Positions 9,152 to 19,975 of a stretch of DNA of 64,000 nt are shown here, one piece after another (positions within the stretch are counted from its first letter, which is position 1; every line of letters begins with the position of its first letter). The stretch lies in the sequence record NC_019399.1; one strand, given 5' to 3'. This stretch comes from Escherichia phage vB_EcoM_ACG-C40. The translations under genes were made by a program, and so were the position numbers. The notes beneath the pieces are model-generated. The model saw only the letters and a program-made list of their open reading frames with translations. It made no database searches and was not told where the DNA came from.

Positions 9152-9564
9152 TATTTTCCAGCCTCAAATGCTCGCATGTCTTGAATATGCTTAATAGCAA
9201 ATCCGCGTGATTTAATAGCATCAAGAGCTCCGCTACAGAAATCCAATAAAATCCCCCAATACTGCAACGAGGTATCAACCTTTAAAACATCCTTATCAGC
9301 TGATAGAACTGTCTTCATTTCTGATTTCTCGTAACGATCCATACTAAATTCATCACCATCTCCTCGTCCCGAGTAGTAGTCTAATTTAGCTTTAAGAGCA
9401 ACTTTTTTCTGTGCATCAATTCTAAGCATTTCCTTTTTAATACTTGAATGCTTATTAAGCCATTTACTATATAACATCACATTATTAGCTGCTTCATACT
9501 GTAATTTAGTCGAATCTATAAACACATCTTTCTTCAATTCTTCTTGAAGATCTTCTAATCTCAT
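9151..9564 (-). CDS. uvsY: recombination mediator UvsY
   Basis: 137-aa ORF MRLEDLQEELKKDVFIDSTKLQYEAANN..., recognised. Confidence 0.9.
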   Translation of the reverse strand: MRLEDLQEELKKDVFIDSTKLQYEAANNVMLYSKWLNKHSSIKKEMLRIDAQKKVALKAKLDYYSGRGDGDEFSMDRYEKSEMKTVLSADKDVLKVDTSLQYWGILLDFCSGALDAIKSRGFAIKHIQDMRAFEAGK

Positions 9565-9599
9565 ATTGTTCTCTATTCAATTGTTATTGGATGGACTTA

Positions 9600-9632
9600 G
9601 ATTCATTATACCACGTTTATACGTGAAGCATT
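9600..9632 (-). promoter_or_regulatory. middle promoter for uvsY (MotA box TGCTTCA plus TATAAT); T4 oriF lies at this promoter
   Basis: - strand reads aaTGCTTCA-13nt-TATAAT about 35 nt upstream of uvsY ATG. Confidence 0.55.
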
Positions 9633-10029
9633 ATACTCTATTACTGGAAGCCAGTTGTAGTTTTATCTGCTCAATATCATCAGGGTTATCGATGACTGAA
9701 AAGCGTATTTCTACTATCAAAGTATAATCATCATAAACCGGTATTACATTAACTGCTAATTTATCAATACGTGGCTCATAGTTTCTTACTGCGCTTTCGA
9801 TATTACGCTCAACCGTGTCAGCAGTAAGAGGAGTCATATTCTCAAAAAGTTGGTCAGATAAATCGCATCCAAATTCAGGGTCAAACGGTCTTGAACCTTT
9901 TCTTGTTGTAATAATTCCTAAAAGACTATTTTTAATTGACCTTAATCCAAGTGATCTTGAAACGTCTTTGTTCCAATCCATTTTCATCTCTGGGTCAATA
10001 TCAGAATAAAGCTTATTAATATTTGCCAT
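9631..10029 (-). CDS. 25: baseplate wedge protein gp25
   Basis: 132-aa ORF, recognised gp25 sequence. Confidence 0.9.
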   Translation of the reverse strand: MANINKLYSDIDPEMKMDWNKDVSRSLGLRSIKNSLLGIITTRKGSRPFDPEFGCDLSDQLFENMTPLTADTVERNIESAVRNYEPRIDKLAVNVIPVYDDYTLIVEIRFSVIDNPDDIEQIKLQLASSNRV

Positions 10030-10655
10030 TACAATAGCTCAAAGAATTCTTTGAGTCCTCTTATTACATGAGCGTGAGTTTTTCCACACTCTGGACACTT
10101 AATTGGAACAGCCAAATAAACAGTAGGCTTTAAAAGCATATCTTTTATAGCTACAATATCTGACTCTGTGATGATAGAATATAAATCTTCTAGTTCCTTT
10201 TCATTTAAGTCTTCAACTGGAATGCTTTCCCCGTTAGCATGAATCGTTTCTATACATGATACTATCATGTGGGCTATATTTTTATCATCAAAAATTTTAG
10301 GGTATCGGAATTTAATTTTAATGTCACCCAGTGTATACCAAAGGTCTTCTGGTGCATCTATTTGTGTATGTAATAGATTTATATGGGTTGGTATTTCAGT
10401 TCCGCAGGTGCACTTCCAGGAGTTTTCGTGATTAACTTCTCCAAGAGAATGCGCCCATAAATGAATCAACAATAGTTCTGATTCTTGGCGATTTAAATCT
10501 TTTGCATTTGTACAGTCTTTGATTAGCTTTTTAACAATCTCTTCTACTGAACCATTCTTTTTAGCAGTAATAAGTTCTAGATATTCTTTAAGAGTAAATG
10601 CGCGACAGTTGATTATTTTAGAACCAACTCTCACATCAAATTTGTATTCATACAT
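10029..10655 (-). CDS. 26: baseplate hub protein gp26
   Basis: 208-aa ORF; gene order 25-26-51-27. Confidence 0.85.
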   Translation of the reverse strand: MYEYKFDVRVGSKIINCRAFTLKEYLELITAKKNGSVEEIVKKLIKDCTNAKDLNRQESELLLIHLWAHSLGEVNHENSWKCTCGTEIPTHINLLHTQIDAPEDLWYTLGDIKIKFRYPKIFDDKNIAHMIVSCIETIHANGESIPVEDLNEKELEDLYSIITESDIVAIKDMLLKPTVYLAVPIKCPECGKTHAHVIRGLKEFFELL

Positions 10656-10680
10656 ATTTAGCTCCTTTATTTATCATATT

Positions 10681-10688
10681 TATAAATA
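10681..10688 (+). promoter_or_regulatory. late promoter TATAAATA for gene 51
   Basis: exact TATAAATA 18 nt upstream of ATG 10706. Confidence 0.65.
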
Positions 10689-10705
10689 GAATAAAAGGAG
10701 CATCT

Positions 10706-11458
10706 ATGGCAAACATTATTCGTTGTAAATTACCAGATGGTGTTCATCGTTTTAAACCATTTACGGTAGAAGATTATCGAGATTTTTTGTTAGTTCGAAA
10801 CGATATAGAACATCGGTCACCACAAGAACAAAAAGAAATAATTACTGATTTAATTGATGATTATTTTGGAGACTATCCGAAGACTTGGCAACCATTTATA
10901 TTTTTGCAGGCATTTGTAGGTTCAATAGGTAAAACTAAAGTACCAGTCACATTTGTATGTCCAAAATGTAAAAAAGAAAAGACAGTTCCATTTGAAATAT
11001 ATCAAAAAGAATTAAAGGAACCTATTTTTGATGTAGCTAATGTTAAAATTAAATTAAATTTTCCTTCTGAGTTTTATGAAAATAAAGCAAAGATGATTAC
11101 TGAAAATATTCATTCTGTTCAAGTAGATGAAATGTGGTATGATTGGAAGGAAATTAGTGAATCGAGTCAAATAGAACTTGTTGACGCCATCGAGATAGAA
11201 ACATTAGAAAAAATTCTCGATGCAATGAATCCTATTAATTTAACATTGCACATGTCGTGTTGTGATAAGTACATTAAAAAATACACTGATATAGTAGATG
11301 TGTTTAAGCTATTAGTTAATCCAGATGAGATATTTACTTTTTATCAAATTAATCACACGCTTGTAAAAAGTAATTATAGCTTAAATTCAATAATGAAAAT
11401 GATTCCTGCCGAGCGCGGATTCGTATTAAAACTGATTGAGAAGGATAAACATCAATGA
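10706..11458 (+). CDS. 51: baseplate hub assembly protein gp51
   Basis: 250-aa ORF in the conserved position. Confidence 0.85.
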   Translation: MANIIRCKLPDGVHRFKPFTVEDYRDFLLVRNDIEHRSPQEQKEIITDLIDDYFGDYPKTWQPFIFLQAFVGSIGKTKVPVTFVCPKCKKEKTVPFEIYQKELKEPIFDVANVKIKLNFPSEFYENKAKMITENIHSVQVDEMWYDWKEISESSQIELVDAIEIETLEKILDAMNPINLTLHMSCCDKYIKKYTDIVDVFKLLVNPDEIFTFYQINHTLVKSNYSLNSIMKMIPAERGFVLKLIEKDKHQ

Positions 11459-12627
11459 GTATGTTACAACGTCCTGGATATCCAAATCTCAGCGTTAAAT
11501 TATTTGAGAGTTATGACGCTTGGAGTAATAATAGATTTGTTGAATTAGCTGCTACTATTACCACATTAACTATGCGTGACTCTCTTTATGGTCGAAATGA
11601 AGGAATGCTGCAGTTTTATGATTCTAAAAATATCCACACAAAAATGGATGGAAATGAAATAATTCAAATTTCTGTAGCTAATGCAAACGATATTAATAAT
11701 GTTAAAACACGAATTTATGGATGCAAGCATTTTTCCGTGTCAGTAGATTCAAAAGGCGATAACATCATTGCTATTGAATTGGGAACTATTCATTCTATAG
11801 AAAATCTTAAATTTGGTAGACCATTTTTCCCTGATGCAGGTGAATCTATAAAAGAAATGCTTGGTGTCATTTATCAAGACCGCACATTATTAACTCCAGC
11901 AATAAATGCTATAAATGCTTATGTTCCTGATATTCCATGGACTAGTACATTTGAAAATTATTTGTCCTATGTAAGAGAAGTTGCTCTAGCTGTAGGAAGT
12001 GACAAATTTGTATTTGTGTGGCAAGACATCATGGGAGTTAACATGATGGACTATGATATGATGATAAATCAAGAACCATATCCAATGATTGTAGGTGAGC
12101 CAACTTTAATAGGTCAATTCGTCCAAGAATTGAAATATCCATTAGCATATGATTTTGTTTGGTTGACTAAATCAAACCCGCATAAACGTGATCCAATGAA
12201 AAATGCTACTATCTATGCTCATTCGTTTTTAGATTCTTCACTGCCAATGATTACTACAGGAAAGGGTGAAAACTCTATTGTAGTGTCAAGGTCAGGTGCT
12301 TATTCTGAAATGACTTATAGGAATGGCTATGAAGAAGCTATTCGTCTTCAAACTATGGCGCAATATGATGGCTATGCTAAATGTTCTACTGTCGGTAATT
12401 TTAACTTGACTCCTGGTGTTAAAATTATTTTTAATGATAGTAAAAACCAATTTAAAACAGAATTTTACGTTGATGAAGTTATCCATGAATTATCAAATAA
12501 TAATTCAGTAACTCATCTATATATGTTCACTAATGCAACGAAACTGGAAACAATAGACCCAGTTAAGGTTAAAAATGAATTTAAATCTGATACTACCACT
12601 GAAGAAAGTAGTTCTTCCAATAAGTAA
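11455..12627 (+). CDS. 27: baseplate hub protein gp27
   Basis: 390-aa ORF; ATGA overlap with gene 51. Confidence 0.9.
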   Translation: MSMLQRPGYPNLSVKLFESYDAWSNNRFVELAATITTLTMRDSLYGRNEGMLQFYDSKNIHTKMDGNEIIQISVANANDINNVKTRIYGCKHFSVSVDSKGDNIIAIELGTIHSIENLKFGRPFFPDAGESIKEMLGVIYQDRTLLTPAINAINAYVPDIPWTSTFENYLSYVREVALAVGSDKFVFVWQDIMGVNMMDYDMMINQEPYPMIVGEPTLIGQFVQELKYPLAYDFVWLTKSNPHKRDPMKNATIYAHSFLDSSLPMITTGKGENSIVVSRSGAYSEMTYRNGYEEAIRLQTMAQYDGYAKCSTVGNFNLTPGVKIIFNDSKNQFKTEFYVDEVIHELSNNNSVTHLYMFTNATKLETIDPVKVKNEFKSDTTTEESSSSNK

Positions 12628-13108
12628 TAAAGAAGTTTCTATTCCTAAGATGGGTCTTAAACATTATAACATTTTAAAAGATGTTAAAGGTCCTGATGAA
12701 AATTTAAAACTTCTTATTGATTCTATTTGTCCGAATTTATCACCGGCAGAAGTTGATTTCGTTTCTATTCATTTATTGGAATTTAATGGAAAGATTAAAT
12801 CTCGTAAAGAAATAGATGGTTATACTTATGATATTAATGACGTTTATGTATGTCAAAGATTGGAATTTCAATACCAAGGAAATACATTTTATTTTAGACC
12901 TCCTGGAAAATTTGAACAATTTTTAACGGTGAGCGATATGTTATCTAAATGCTTGCTTAAGGTCAACGATGAAGTTAAAGAAATTAATTTTCTTGAGATG
13001 CCAGCATTCGTTTTAAAATGGGCAAATGATATTTTTACAACTTTAGCAATTCCTGGCCCTAATGGTCCAATAACTGGAATTGGCAATATTATTGGATTAT
13101 TTGAATGA
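12575..13108 (+). CDS. 28: baseplate hub distal protein gp28
   Basis: 177-aa ORF overlapping 3' end of gene 27. Confidence 0.85.
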   Translation: MNLNLILPLKKVVLPISNKEVSIPKMGLKHYNILKDVKGPDENLKLLIDSICPNLSPAEVDFVSIHLLEFNGKIKSRKEIDGYTYDINDVYVCQRLEFQYQGNTFYFRPPGKFEQFLTVSDMLSKCLLKVNDEVKEINFLEMPAFVLKWANDIFTTLAIPGPNGPITGIGNIIGLFE

Positions 13109-14877
13109 AAAAGCCACAAGAAATGCAAACGATGCGTAGAAAAGTTATTTCAGATAATAAACCAGTTCAGGAAGCGGCTAAATCCGCTTCTAACACTTTA
13201 TCTGGGCTTAATGACATTTCTACAAAATTGGATGATGCTCAAGCTGCTTCTGAATTAATAGCTCAAACCGTTGAAGAAAAATCGAATGAAATAATTGGAG
13301 CAATTGACAATGTAGAAAGCGCAGTGAGTGATACTACTGCTGGTTCTGAGTTAATTGCTGAAACTGTAGAAATTGGCAACAATATTAATAAAGAAATCGG
13401 TGAATCACTCGGAAGTAAATTAGATAAATTAACGAGTTTACTAGAACAAAAAATTCAAACAGCTGGAATTCAACAGACAGGAACCAGCTTAGCTGTAGTC
13501 GAAAGTGCTATTCCCGTTAAAGTTGTTGAGGATGATACAGCTGAATTTGTTGGTCCATTATTACCAGCTCCTGAAGCAGTTAATAATGATCCTGACGCTG
13601 ATTTTTTCCCTGCCCCTCAACCAGTTGAACCTAAGCGAGAGTCACCGGAAGAAAAACAGAAAAAAGAAGCATTTAATTTAAAATTATCTCAAGCTTTAGA
13701 TAAATTAACAAAGACTGTTGATTTTGGATTTAAAAAATCCATTTCAATTACTGATAAAATATCAAGCATGCTATTTAAGTATACTGTCAGTGCTGCTATT
13801 GAAGCTGCTAAAATGGTTGCATTAATAATGGCTGTTGTTATTGGAATAGACCTACTGATGGTTCATTTTAAATATTGGTCAGATAAATTTTCAAAAGCCT
13901 GGGATTTGTTTAGCACTGATTTTAAAACTTTTTCAAGCGAAACCGGAACTTGGGGTCCTTTATTACAGAGCATCTTTGAATCTATTGATGAAATTAAAAA
14001 GTTCTGGGAAGCGGGAGATTGGGGCGGTTTGACGGTAGCTATTGTAGAAGGGCTTGGAAAGGTTCTTTATAATTTAGGAGAACTTATTCAGCTTGGAATG
14101 GCTAAATTATCAGCAGCAATTCTTCGAGTTATTCCTGGTATGAAAGATACTGCTGACGAAGTAGAAGGAAGAGCACTGGAAAATTTCCAAAATTCTACTG
14201 GAGCATCTCTCAATAAAGAAGACCAGGAAAAAGTTGCGAATTATCAAGATAAACGAATGAATGGAGACCTTGGTCCGATAGCAAAAGGATTAGACAAAAT
14301 TGCGAACTGGAAAACTCGTGCATCTAACTGGATTCGTGGTGTTGATAATAAAGAAGCATTGACAACTGATGAAGAACGCGCAGCAGAAGAAGAAAAATTA
14401 AAGCAGCTTTCACCAGAAGAAAGAAAAAATGCTTTAATGAAGGCTAATGAAGCCCGTGCCGCGATGATTCGTTTTGAAAAATATGCTGATTCAGCTGATA
14501 TGAGTAAAGACTCAACAGTTAAATCAATTGAAGCTGCTCATGAAGACCTTAAAAAACGAATGAATGATCCGGATTTAAATAATTCACCAGCAGTTAAAAA
14601 AGAACTTGCTTCTAGATTTGCTAAAATTGATGCCACTTATCAAGAGCTCAAGAAAAATCAACCTGAAGCAAAACCTGAAACTTCTGCTAAATCACCAGAA
14701 GCAAAACAGGTCCAGGTGATTGAAAAGAACAAAGCACAACAAGCTCCTGTTCAACAAGCATCTCCTTCAATCAATAATACTAATAATGTTATTAAGAAAA
14801 ATACTGTCGTTCATAATATGACACCTGTCACAAGCACAACTGCTCCTGGTGTATTTGGTGCGACGGGAGTTAATTAA
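13105..14877 (+). CDS. 29: tail tape-measure / baseplate hub protein gp29
   Basis: 590-aa ORF, coiled-coil rich. Confidence 0.9.
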   Translation: MKKPQEMQTMRRKVISDNKPVQEAAKSASNTLSGLNDISTKLDDAQAASELIAQTVEEKSNEIIGAIDNVESAVSDTTAGSELIAETVEIGNNINKEIGESLGSKLDKLTSLLEQKIQTAGIQQTGTSLAVVESAIPVKVVEDDTAEFVGPLLPAPEAVNNDPDADFFPAPQPVEPKRESPEEKQKKEAFNLKLSQALDKLTKTVDFGFKKSISITDKISSMLFKYTVSAAIEAAKMVALIMAVVIGIDLLMVHFKYWSDKFSKAWDLFSTDFKTFSSETGTWGPLLQSIFESIDEIKKFWEAGDWGGLTVAIVEGLGKVLYNLGELIQLGMAKLSAAILRVIPGMKDTADEVEGRALENFQNSTGASLNKEDQEKVANYQDKRMNGDLGPIAKGLDKIANWKTRASNWIRGVDNKEALTTDEERAAEEEKLKQLSPEERKNALMKANEARAAMIRFEKYADSADMSKDSTVKSIEAAHEDLKKRMNDPDLNNSPAVKKELASRFAKIDATYQELKKNQPEAKPETSAKSPEAKQVQVIEKNKAQQAPVQQASPSINNTNNVIKKNTVVHNMTPVTSTTAPGVFGATGVN

Positions 14878-14885
14878 GGAATAAT

Positions 14886-15980
14886 ATGGCAATTGTTAAA
14901 GAAATAACTGCTGATTTAATTAAAAAGTCCGGTGAAACAATTTCAGCCGGACAGAGTACTAAATCAGAAGTAGGAACTAAAACATACACAGCCCAGTTTC
15001 CAACTGGGCGTGCTAGTGGTAATGACACTACAGGGGACTTCCAGGTAACAGATCTATATAAGAATGGATTATTATTTACTGCATACAATATGTCATCTAG
15101 GGATTCTGGAAGTCTTAGAACGATGAGATCTAACTACTCTTCTTCATCTTCGAGTATTTTACGTACAGCCAGAAACACTATCAGTAATACAGTATCAAAA
15201 CTATCAAATGGACTAATATCAGATAATAATTCAGGAACAATAAGTAAAGTTCCTGTTGCAAATATTCTTTTACCTAGATCTAAATCTGACGTCGATACGT
15301 CATCACATAGATTTAATGATGTTCAAGATAGTCTTATTACAAAAGGTGGAGGTACTGCTACTGGTGTGCTAAGCAATATGGCTTCAACCGCAGTATTTGG
15401 AGCGCTGGAAAGTATAACACAAGGTATAATGGCTGATAATAATGAACAGATTTATACGACAGCCAGAAGCATGTACGGCGGTGCTGAAAATAGAACTAAA
15501 GTGTTCACTTGGGATTTGACTCCGCGCTCAACAGAAGATTTAATGGCTATTATTAATATCTATCAGTATTTTAACTATTTTTCTTACGGTGAAACTGGTA
15601 AATCTCAATATGCTGCTGAAATAAAAGGATATTTAGATGAGTGGTACCGTTCTACTTTTATTGAGCCGTTAACTCCAGAAGATGCAGTTAAAAATAAGAC
15701 GTTATTTGAGAAAATGACATCGAGTTTAACTAACGTTCTTGTAGTTTCAAACCCGACAATTTGGATGGTGAAAAACTTTGGTGCAACATCTAAGTTTGAT
15801 GGAAAAACGGAAATATTCGGTCCATGTCAAATCCAGAGTATCAGATTTGATAAAACACCTAATGGTAACTTTAACGGATTAGCTATTGCTCCAAATCTCC
15901 CTAGTACATTTACTCTCGAGATTACTATGAGAGAAATTATCACGTTAAACCGTGCTTCTTTATATGCGGGGACTTTTTAA
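14886..15980 (+). CDS. 48: baseplate-tail tube initiator gp48
   Basis: 364-aa ORF. Confidence 0.85.
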   Translation: MAIVKEITADLIKKSGETISAGQSTKSEVGTKTYTAQFPTGRASGNDTTGDFQVTDLYKNGLLFTAYNMSSRDSGSLRTMRSNYSSSSSSILRTARNTISNTVSKLSNGLISDNNSGTISKVPVANILLPRSKSDVDTSSHRFNDVQDSLITKGGGTATGVLSNMASTAVFGALESITQGIMADNNEQIYTTARSMYGGAENRTKVFTWDLTPRSTEDLMAIINIYQYFNYFSYGETGKSQYAAEIKGYLDEWYRSTFIEPLTPEDAVKNKTLFEKMTSSLTNVLVVSNPTIWMVKNFGATSKFDGKTEIFGPCQIQSIRFDKTPNGNFNGLAIAPNLPSTFTLEITMREIITLNRASLYAGTF

Positions 15981-16945
15981 TGTATTCTTTAGAGGAATTT
16001 AATAATCAAGCAATAAACGCAGATTTCCAACGTAATAATATGTTCAGCTGTGTTTTTGCTACAACTCCATCAACTAAAAGCTCTTCGTTGATAAGTTCAA
16101 TTAGCAACTTTTCTTATAATAACTTGGGCCTAAATTCAGATTGGTTAGGATTAACTCAAGGCGATATTAATCAGGGAATTACTACGCTAATTACAGCTGG
16201 CACACAAAAACTGATAAGAAAATCAGGGGTTAGTAAATATCTTATTGGTGCCATGAGTCAACGTACAGTTCAAAGTTTATTAGGCTCATTTACAGTTGGT
16301 ACATATTTAATTGACTTCTTTAACATGGCATATAACTCATCTGGATTGATGATATACTCTGTAAAAATGCCAGAGAATAGATTATCCTATGAAACTGACT
16401 GGAACTATAATTCTCCTAATATTCGTATAACTGGGAGAGAATTAGACCCTTTGGTTATTTCATTCAGAATGGATTCAGAAGCTTGTAACTATCGTGCAAT
16501 GCAAGACTGGGTTAACGCTGTTCAAGACCCAGTAACTGGATTGCGTGCTTTGCCGCAAGATGTCGAGGCAGATATTCAGGTTAATCTTCATTCTCGCAAT
16601 GGATTACCACATACTGCGGTGATGTTCACTGGATGCATTCCAGTGTCCGTAAGCGCTCCTGAGTTATCATATGATGGAGATAACCAAATAACTACATTTG
16701 ATGTTACTTTTGCGTATAGAGTGATGCAGGCTGGAGCAGTTGATAGACAAGCTGCCCTTGAATGGCTTGAATCTGCTACTATAAATGGTATTCAAAGCGT
16801 TCTCGGAAATAGTGGAGGTGTTACTGGACTATCTAATTCGCTTTCACGACTTAGTAGATTAGGGGGAACTGCAGGAAGCATTTCAAATATTAATACTATG
16901 ACAGGAATTGTCAATTCGCAGAGTAAAATATTAGGAGCAATATAA
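15980..16945 (+). CDS. 54: baseplate-tail tube initiator gp54
   Basis: 321-aa ORF. Confidence 0.85.
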   Translation: MYSLEEFNNQAINADFQRNNMFSCVFATTPSTKSSSLISSISNFSYNNLGLNSDWLGLTQGDINQGITTLITAGTQKLIRKSGVSKYLIGAMSQRTVQSLLGSFTVGTYLIDFFNMAYNSSGLMIYSVKMPENRLSYETDWNYNSPNIRITGRELDPLVISFRMDSEACNYRAMQDWVNAVQDPVTGLRALPQDVEADIQVNLHSRNGLPHTAVMFTGCIPVSVSAPELSYDGDNQITTFDVTFAYRVMQAGAVDRQAALEWLESATINGIQSVLGNSGGVTGLSNSLSRLSRLGGTAGSISNINTMTGIVNSQSKILGAI

Positions 16946-16947
16946 CA

Positions 16948-16980
16948 ATGGGGACCTTTCGGTCCCCATATTTTTATTTA
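16948..16980. terminator. bidirectional hairpin terminator after gene 54
   Basis: atggggacc-tttc-ggtccccat followed by tttttattt. Confidence 0.65.
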
Positions 16981-17264
16981 CGGAATGAAATGAAAGCAGA
17001 AACTGAAGCAACTAAACTGTCTTCAATATAAACTTCAATTTTTACCGGAGCTTCTGACTCAAATTTACCTGTTACTACACCTTGGAAAATACTTTCAGTC
17101 TGTTCTGGTTTTGAAAAATTTTCAGAAGGAAAAATTCCGAACTTTTTATCTGTTCCAAAAATTTTAATAAATTCATCGTAAACTGCTTCATTAAAAGCAT
17201 TATCAGCAGGAATAACGCCTTCAACGACGAGCTCTTGGCCTAAAAAGCGTAAAGAAGATTTCAT
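16974..17264 (-). CDS. hypothetical protein (96 aa)
   Basis: ORF track; preceded by repeated promoter/leader element and SD. Confidence 0.55.
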   Translation of the reverse strand: MKSSLRFLGQELVVEGVIPADNAFNEAVYDEFIKIFGTDKKFGIFPSENFSKPEQTESIFQGVVTGKFESEAPVKIEVYIEDSLVASVSAFISFRK

Positions 17265-17272
17265 TTTGTGTT

Positions 17273-17324
17273 CCTCATGTTATGTCAGTAAGACTACTGT
17301 AACACAACACGAGGGACTTGTAAA
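17273..17324. repeat. 52-bp perfect repeat, copy 1 (second copy at 30980..31031)
   Basis: identical string cctcatgttatgtcagtaagactactgtaacacaacacgagggacttgtaaac at both loci. Confidence 0.85.
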
Positions 17325-17685
17325 CTACATTTTGAACTTTTTAGTACGCGTAATAGGCATGCGTCGATTTTATACTGTTTCATTGTTTGAAGAGCAGTAT
17401 CAAAAACAGCATTAATGACACCAATTGGATTTCCACCCAAGTTTTTAAGCTTAACTAATGATAGTTTCTCATTAACACCTATCATTACGATATGCATCAT
17501 TTTGTCGCCTGGTTTAACGTTTTATCTGTATCACCGCCAGAGGTGTATGTACAAAATCTAAATCCAGGAAGCACGCTTTCTTCGCCGGCTTGAATAGCAA
17601 AAATTTGTGGTATTTTATGCTTAGGATTTAAGTTAACAACCGGCGCCGAAGCGCCGTCAAATAATTATGTAATAAGTTCCATGAT
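17294..17685 (-). pseudogene. degenerate tandem partial copy of the alt 5' region
   Basis: - strand reads MELIT*LFDGASAPVVNLNPKHKIPQIF...FRFCTYTSGGDT then MMHIV...MKQYKIDACLLRVLKS, paralogous to Alt residues 1-120 but with stop at codon 6 and frame breaks. Confidence 0.7.
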
Positions 17686-19734
17686 TTATCCTTGAACGAA
17701 CTTGTAAGGCATGTTTGCAATATCTATGCAAGACGCAATAATTCCAAGAGATGATTCTACTTTCTGTTTAACATTTGATGAAACAAATGATGCAAAGTCA
17801 ACTCTGTCTTCTATATCACCTGTCATTGTAACCAATTCACCAGTTTCCATTAAATGGTCTCCGTCATAGATTACCGATTCGGTGAGTTCTTCTGTGGTCA
17901 TAACTTCAGCTTGAATAAGCTTGTTGTTAGTTCTAACTGTTCCATCGTTGTAAGATGCATCGGTTATTTTATTAACTTTGACCATTAATCCACGTGGCAA
18001 AATGACTTCCATTTCATTTGAAGGCGCTAAACTTCCACCGGGTAAAACAACATTAACCTTATCAGCCCCAGTAATAACCCATCCAATTCCAACTAAATTA
18101 TCGCTAGAATTTACTAGTCCTTCATCAGTTTTATCAATAGAAACACTTAGACGCTTTTCGTCTGGTAAAACACCCACAGATGAATCAGTCATCCAAGTAC
18201 CAAAAATATTTGGATATAATGATGTTGACACAAAGTTTCTAAAATAAAAAACTCGATTTTTTACCATTGCTTCGTATATTGAAGGTAACATTCGTTGTGA
18301 ACGATACAAAGTAATACCTTTTGGTAATCGTTCACCATTTTTAAAGGCTGAATCTAAATTATCAATGGCTTGTTCTATTTCAGGTGCTGTTAAAATACTT
18401 GTACGCTCATCTGGATTATATAATCCCAAAAGAGCATTATTTATGTCTACATATCCTGAACCTACGTATTCACGAATTCCGCGTTTTTGTGCTGGTGTGT
18501 ATTTAGATGAATCTTTATTTTCGACTATAGGATGTAATGACCATCCAGCGGTAAGAGCATATCCACGTAATTCTCTTCGAATAATCTTTGTTTTTATTGC
18601 ATTCCAAGAATTTTGTACTAACTCATTTGCAGCATCTTGGTTTAAATGCGAATGTCTGTTAATATTTCTTTCAAACCAAGCACCTTTATATTTTTCTAAA
18701 GTATCATCGACGATAGAAGCAATAGTTTCTAAAGTTTTTATTGAAGTAATAGATTCTTTTCGTAATTTTTCTAAAGCTTTATTTTTTATTTCTGCATTAA
18801 TAATGGATTCTTTATCTTCAGGAATTATAGAAGCTTCTCTGAATGCCATCCCAGCTGTAACACTGCTAAGAGCATTCTCTAGTGCAAATCCTGAAGTAGA
18901 AATTACCGTTAATTCATTAGAATCAGAAATTAAAGGAGCGTCCGCTGGTTTATTTAATTCTGCCGCTGAAGCCTCAAATTTTTGAAACATCGGTGTTTCA
19001 AATCTAGAAGATTCCAACGACTGACTTTGTGCAATTGCTCTACGGGAAATTTTAACTTTAACGATTACAGCTTGATCAGAACGTTTATCATTTTCTTGTG
19101 CAATAGATGCTGCAATTGCCTCATTTTTAGTTACTTGAGCTCCAGTATCTTTATTGATATAAACATCACCGACCTTCGATTCAACTTTAGTAAAGAGCTC
19201 GGTACTAATTTCCGGAACCCCTGGAATGTCTTCTAGTGATACATTTTTGCGATGTATAAGAATATATGCATACTTTTTATCATAATCCCAGAGTTCCTTA
19301 AGAAGGACGTATCTGCCACCTGAACGACTACGGATAAGTCTATCAGCAATAACTTGAATTTGTCGAGCTTGACCAGCGGTTTTAGACTTAAGAATACGGA
19401 GCATACAGGCATCAATTTTATACTGACGCATCGTTTGCATTGCAACAGTAAAAACCGAATTGATATAATTAATTGGGCTTGGACCAAGACCTTTCAATTT
19501 AGCAATTGAACCTTTAGCGGTTAATGTAAAAGGAACAATATGCATCATTTTATCGCCCATCTTTAAATCACGATTAGTATCACCTCCAGATGTATAGGTA
19601 CATAAACGAAAGCCTGGTTGTTCAATTGCGTCATCAACATGAACTGAAAAAATTTGCGGTATTTTCTTCTTTGGATTTAAGTTTGTAATCGGAAGAGTAG
19701 TATCTTCGTCAAATAATTCTGTAATTAGTTCCAT
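17686..19734 (-). CDS. alt: ADP-ribosyltransferase Alt
   Basis: 682-aa product starting MELITELFDED (second Met of track ORF), recognised. Confidence 0.9.
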   Translation of the reverse strand: MELITELFDEDTTLPITNLNPKKKIPQIFSVHVDDAIEQPGFRLCTYTSGGDTNRDLKMGDKMMHIVPFTLTAKGSIAKLKGLGPSPINYINSVFTVAMQTMRQYKIDACMLRILKSKTAGQARQIQVIADRLIRSRSGGRYVLLKELWDYDKKYAYILIHRKNVSLEDIPGVPEISTELFTKVESKVGDVYINKDTGAQVTKNEAIAASIAQENDKRSDQAVIVKVKISRRAIAQSQSLESSRFETPMFQKFEASAAELNKPADAPLISDSNELTVISTSGFALENALSSVTAGMAFREASIIPEDKESIINAEIKNKALEKLRKESITSIKTLETIASIVDDTLEKYKGAWFERNINRHSHLNQDAANELVQNSWNAIKTKIIRRELRGYALTAGWSLHPIVENKDSSKYTPAQKRGIREYVGSGYVDINNALLGLYNPDERTSILTAPEIEQAIDNLDSAFKNGERLPKGITLYRSQRMLPSIYEAMVKNRVFYFRNFVSTSLYPNIFGTWMTDSSVGVLPDEKRLSVSIDKTDEGLVNSSDNLVGIGWVITGADKVNVVLPGGSLAPSNEMEVILPRGLMVKVNKITDASYNDGTVRTNNKLIQAEVMTTEELTESVIYDGDHLMETGELVTMTGDIEDRVDFASFVSSNVKQKVESSLGIIASCIDIANMPYKFVQG

Positions 19735-19757
19735 CATATCCTCTCTAGTGTTTATTC

Positions 19758-19765
19758 TATTTATA
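19758..19765 (-). promoter_or_regulatory. late promoter TATAAATA (read on - strand) upstream of alt
   Basis: + strand tatttata = TATAAATA on - strand, about 25 nt upstream of alt ATG. Confidence 0.6.
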
Positions 19766-19769
19766 AAAT

Positions 19770-19790
19770 TAAAGGCCCGAAGGCCTTTAG
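19770..19790 (-). terminator. hairpin terminator upstream of alt
   Basis: aaaggcc-cgaa-ggccttt. Confidence 0.55.
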
Positions 19791-19975
19791 TAATCTAGTG
19801 GTAAGAGAGTACGATATATTTCAAACTTTGGTCCTTTTTCATAGGCATCAAATGCTTCTGTGAATTTATTATAAGCGTATGCATCTACAAATTCGAGAAT
19901 GACTTGTGATACAGAAGTAGAAACATCTCCACCTTCTTTTTGAGCAATGACAATTGTTTCTAAGTAAGCTTTCAT
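19787..19975 (-). CDS. hypothetical protein (62 aa)
   Basis: ORF track, overlaps gene 30 stop. Confidence 0.5.
   Translation of the reverse strand: MKAYLETIVIAQKEGGDVSTSVSQVILEFVDAYAYNKFTEAFDAYEKGPKFEIYRTLLPLDY

Noticed and set aside
17978-19236. + strand ORFs 17978..18247, 18365..18985, 18982..19236 inside alt
   Set aside because: Antisense to the well-supported 682-aa alt gene; no RBS or promoter context.
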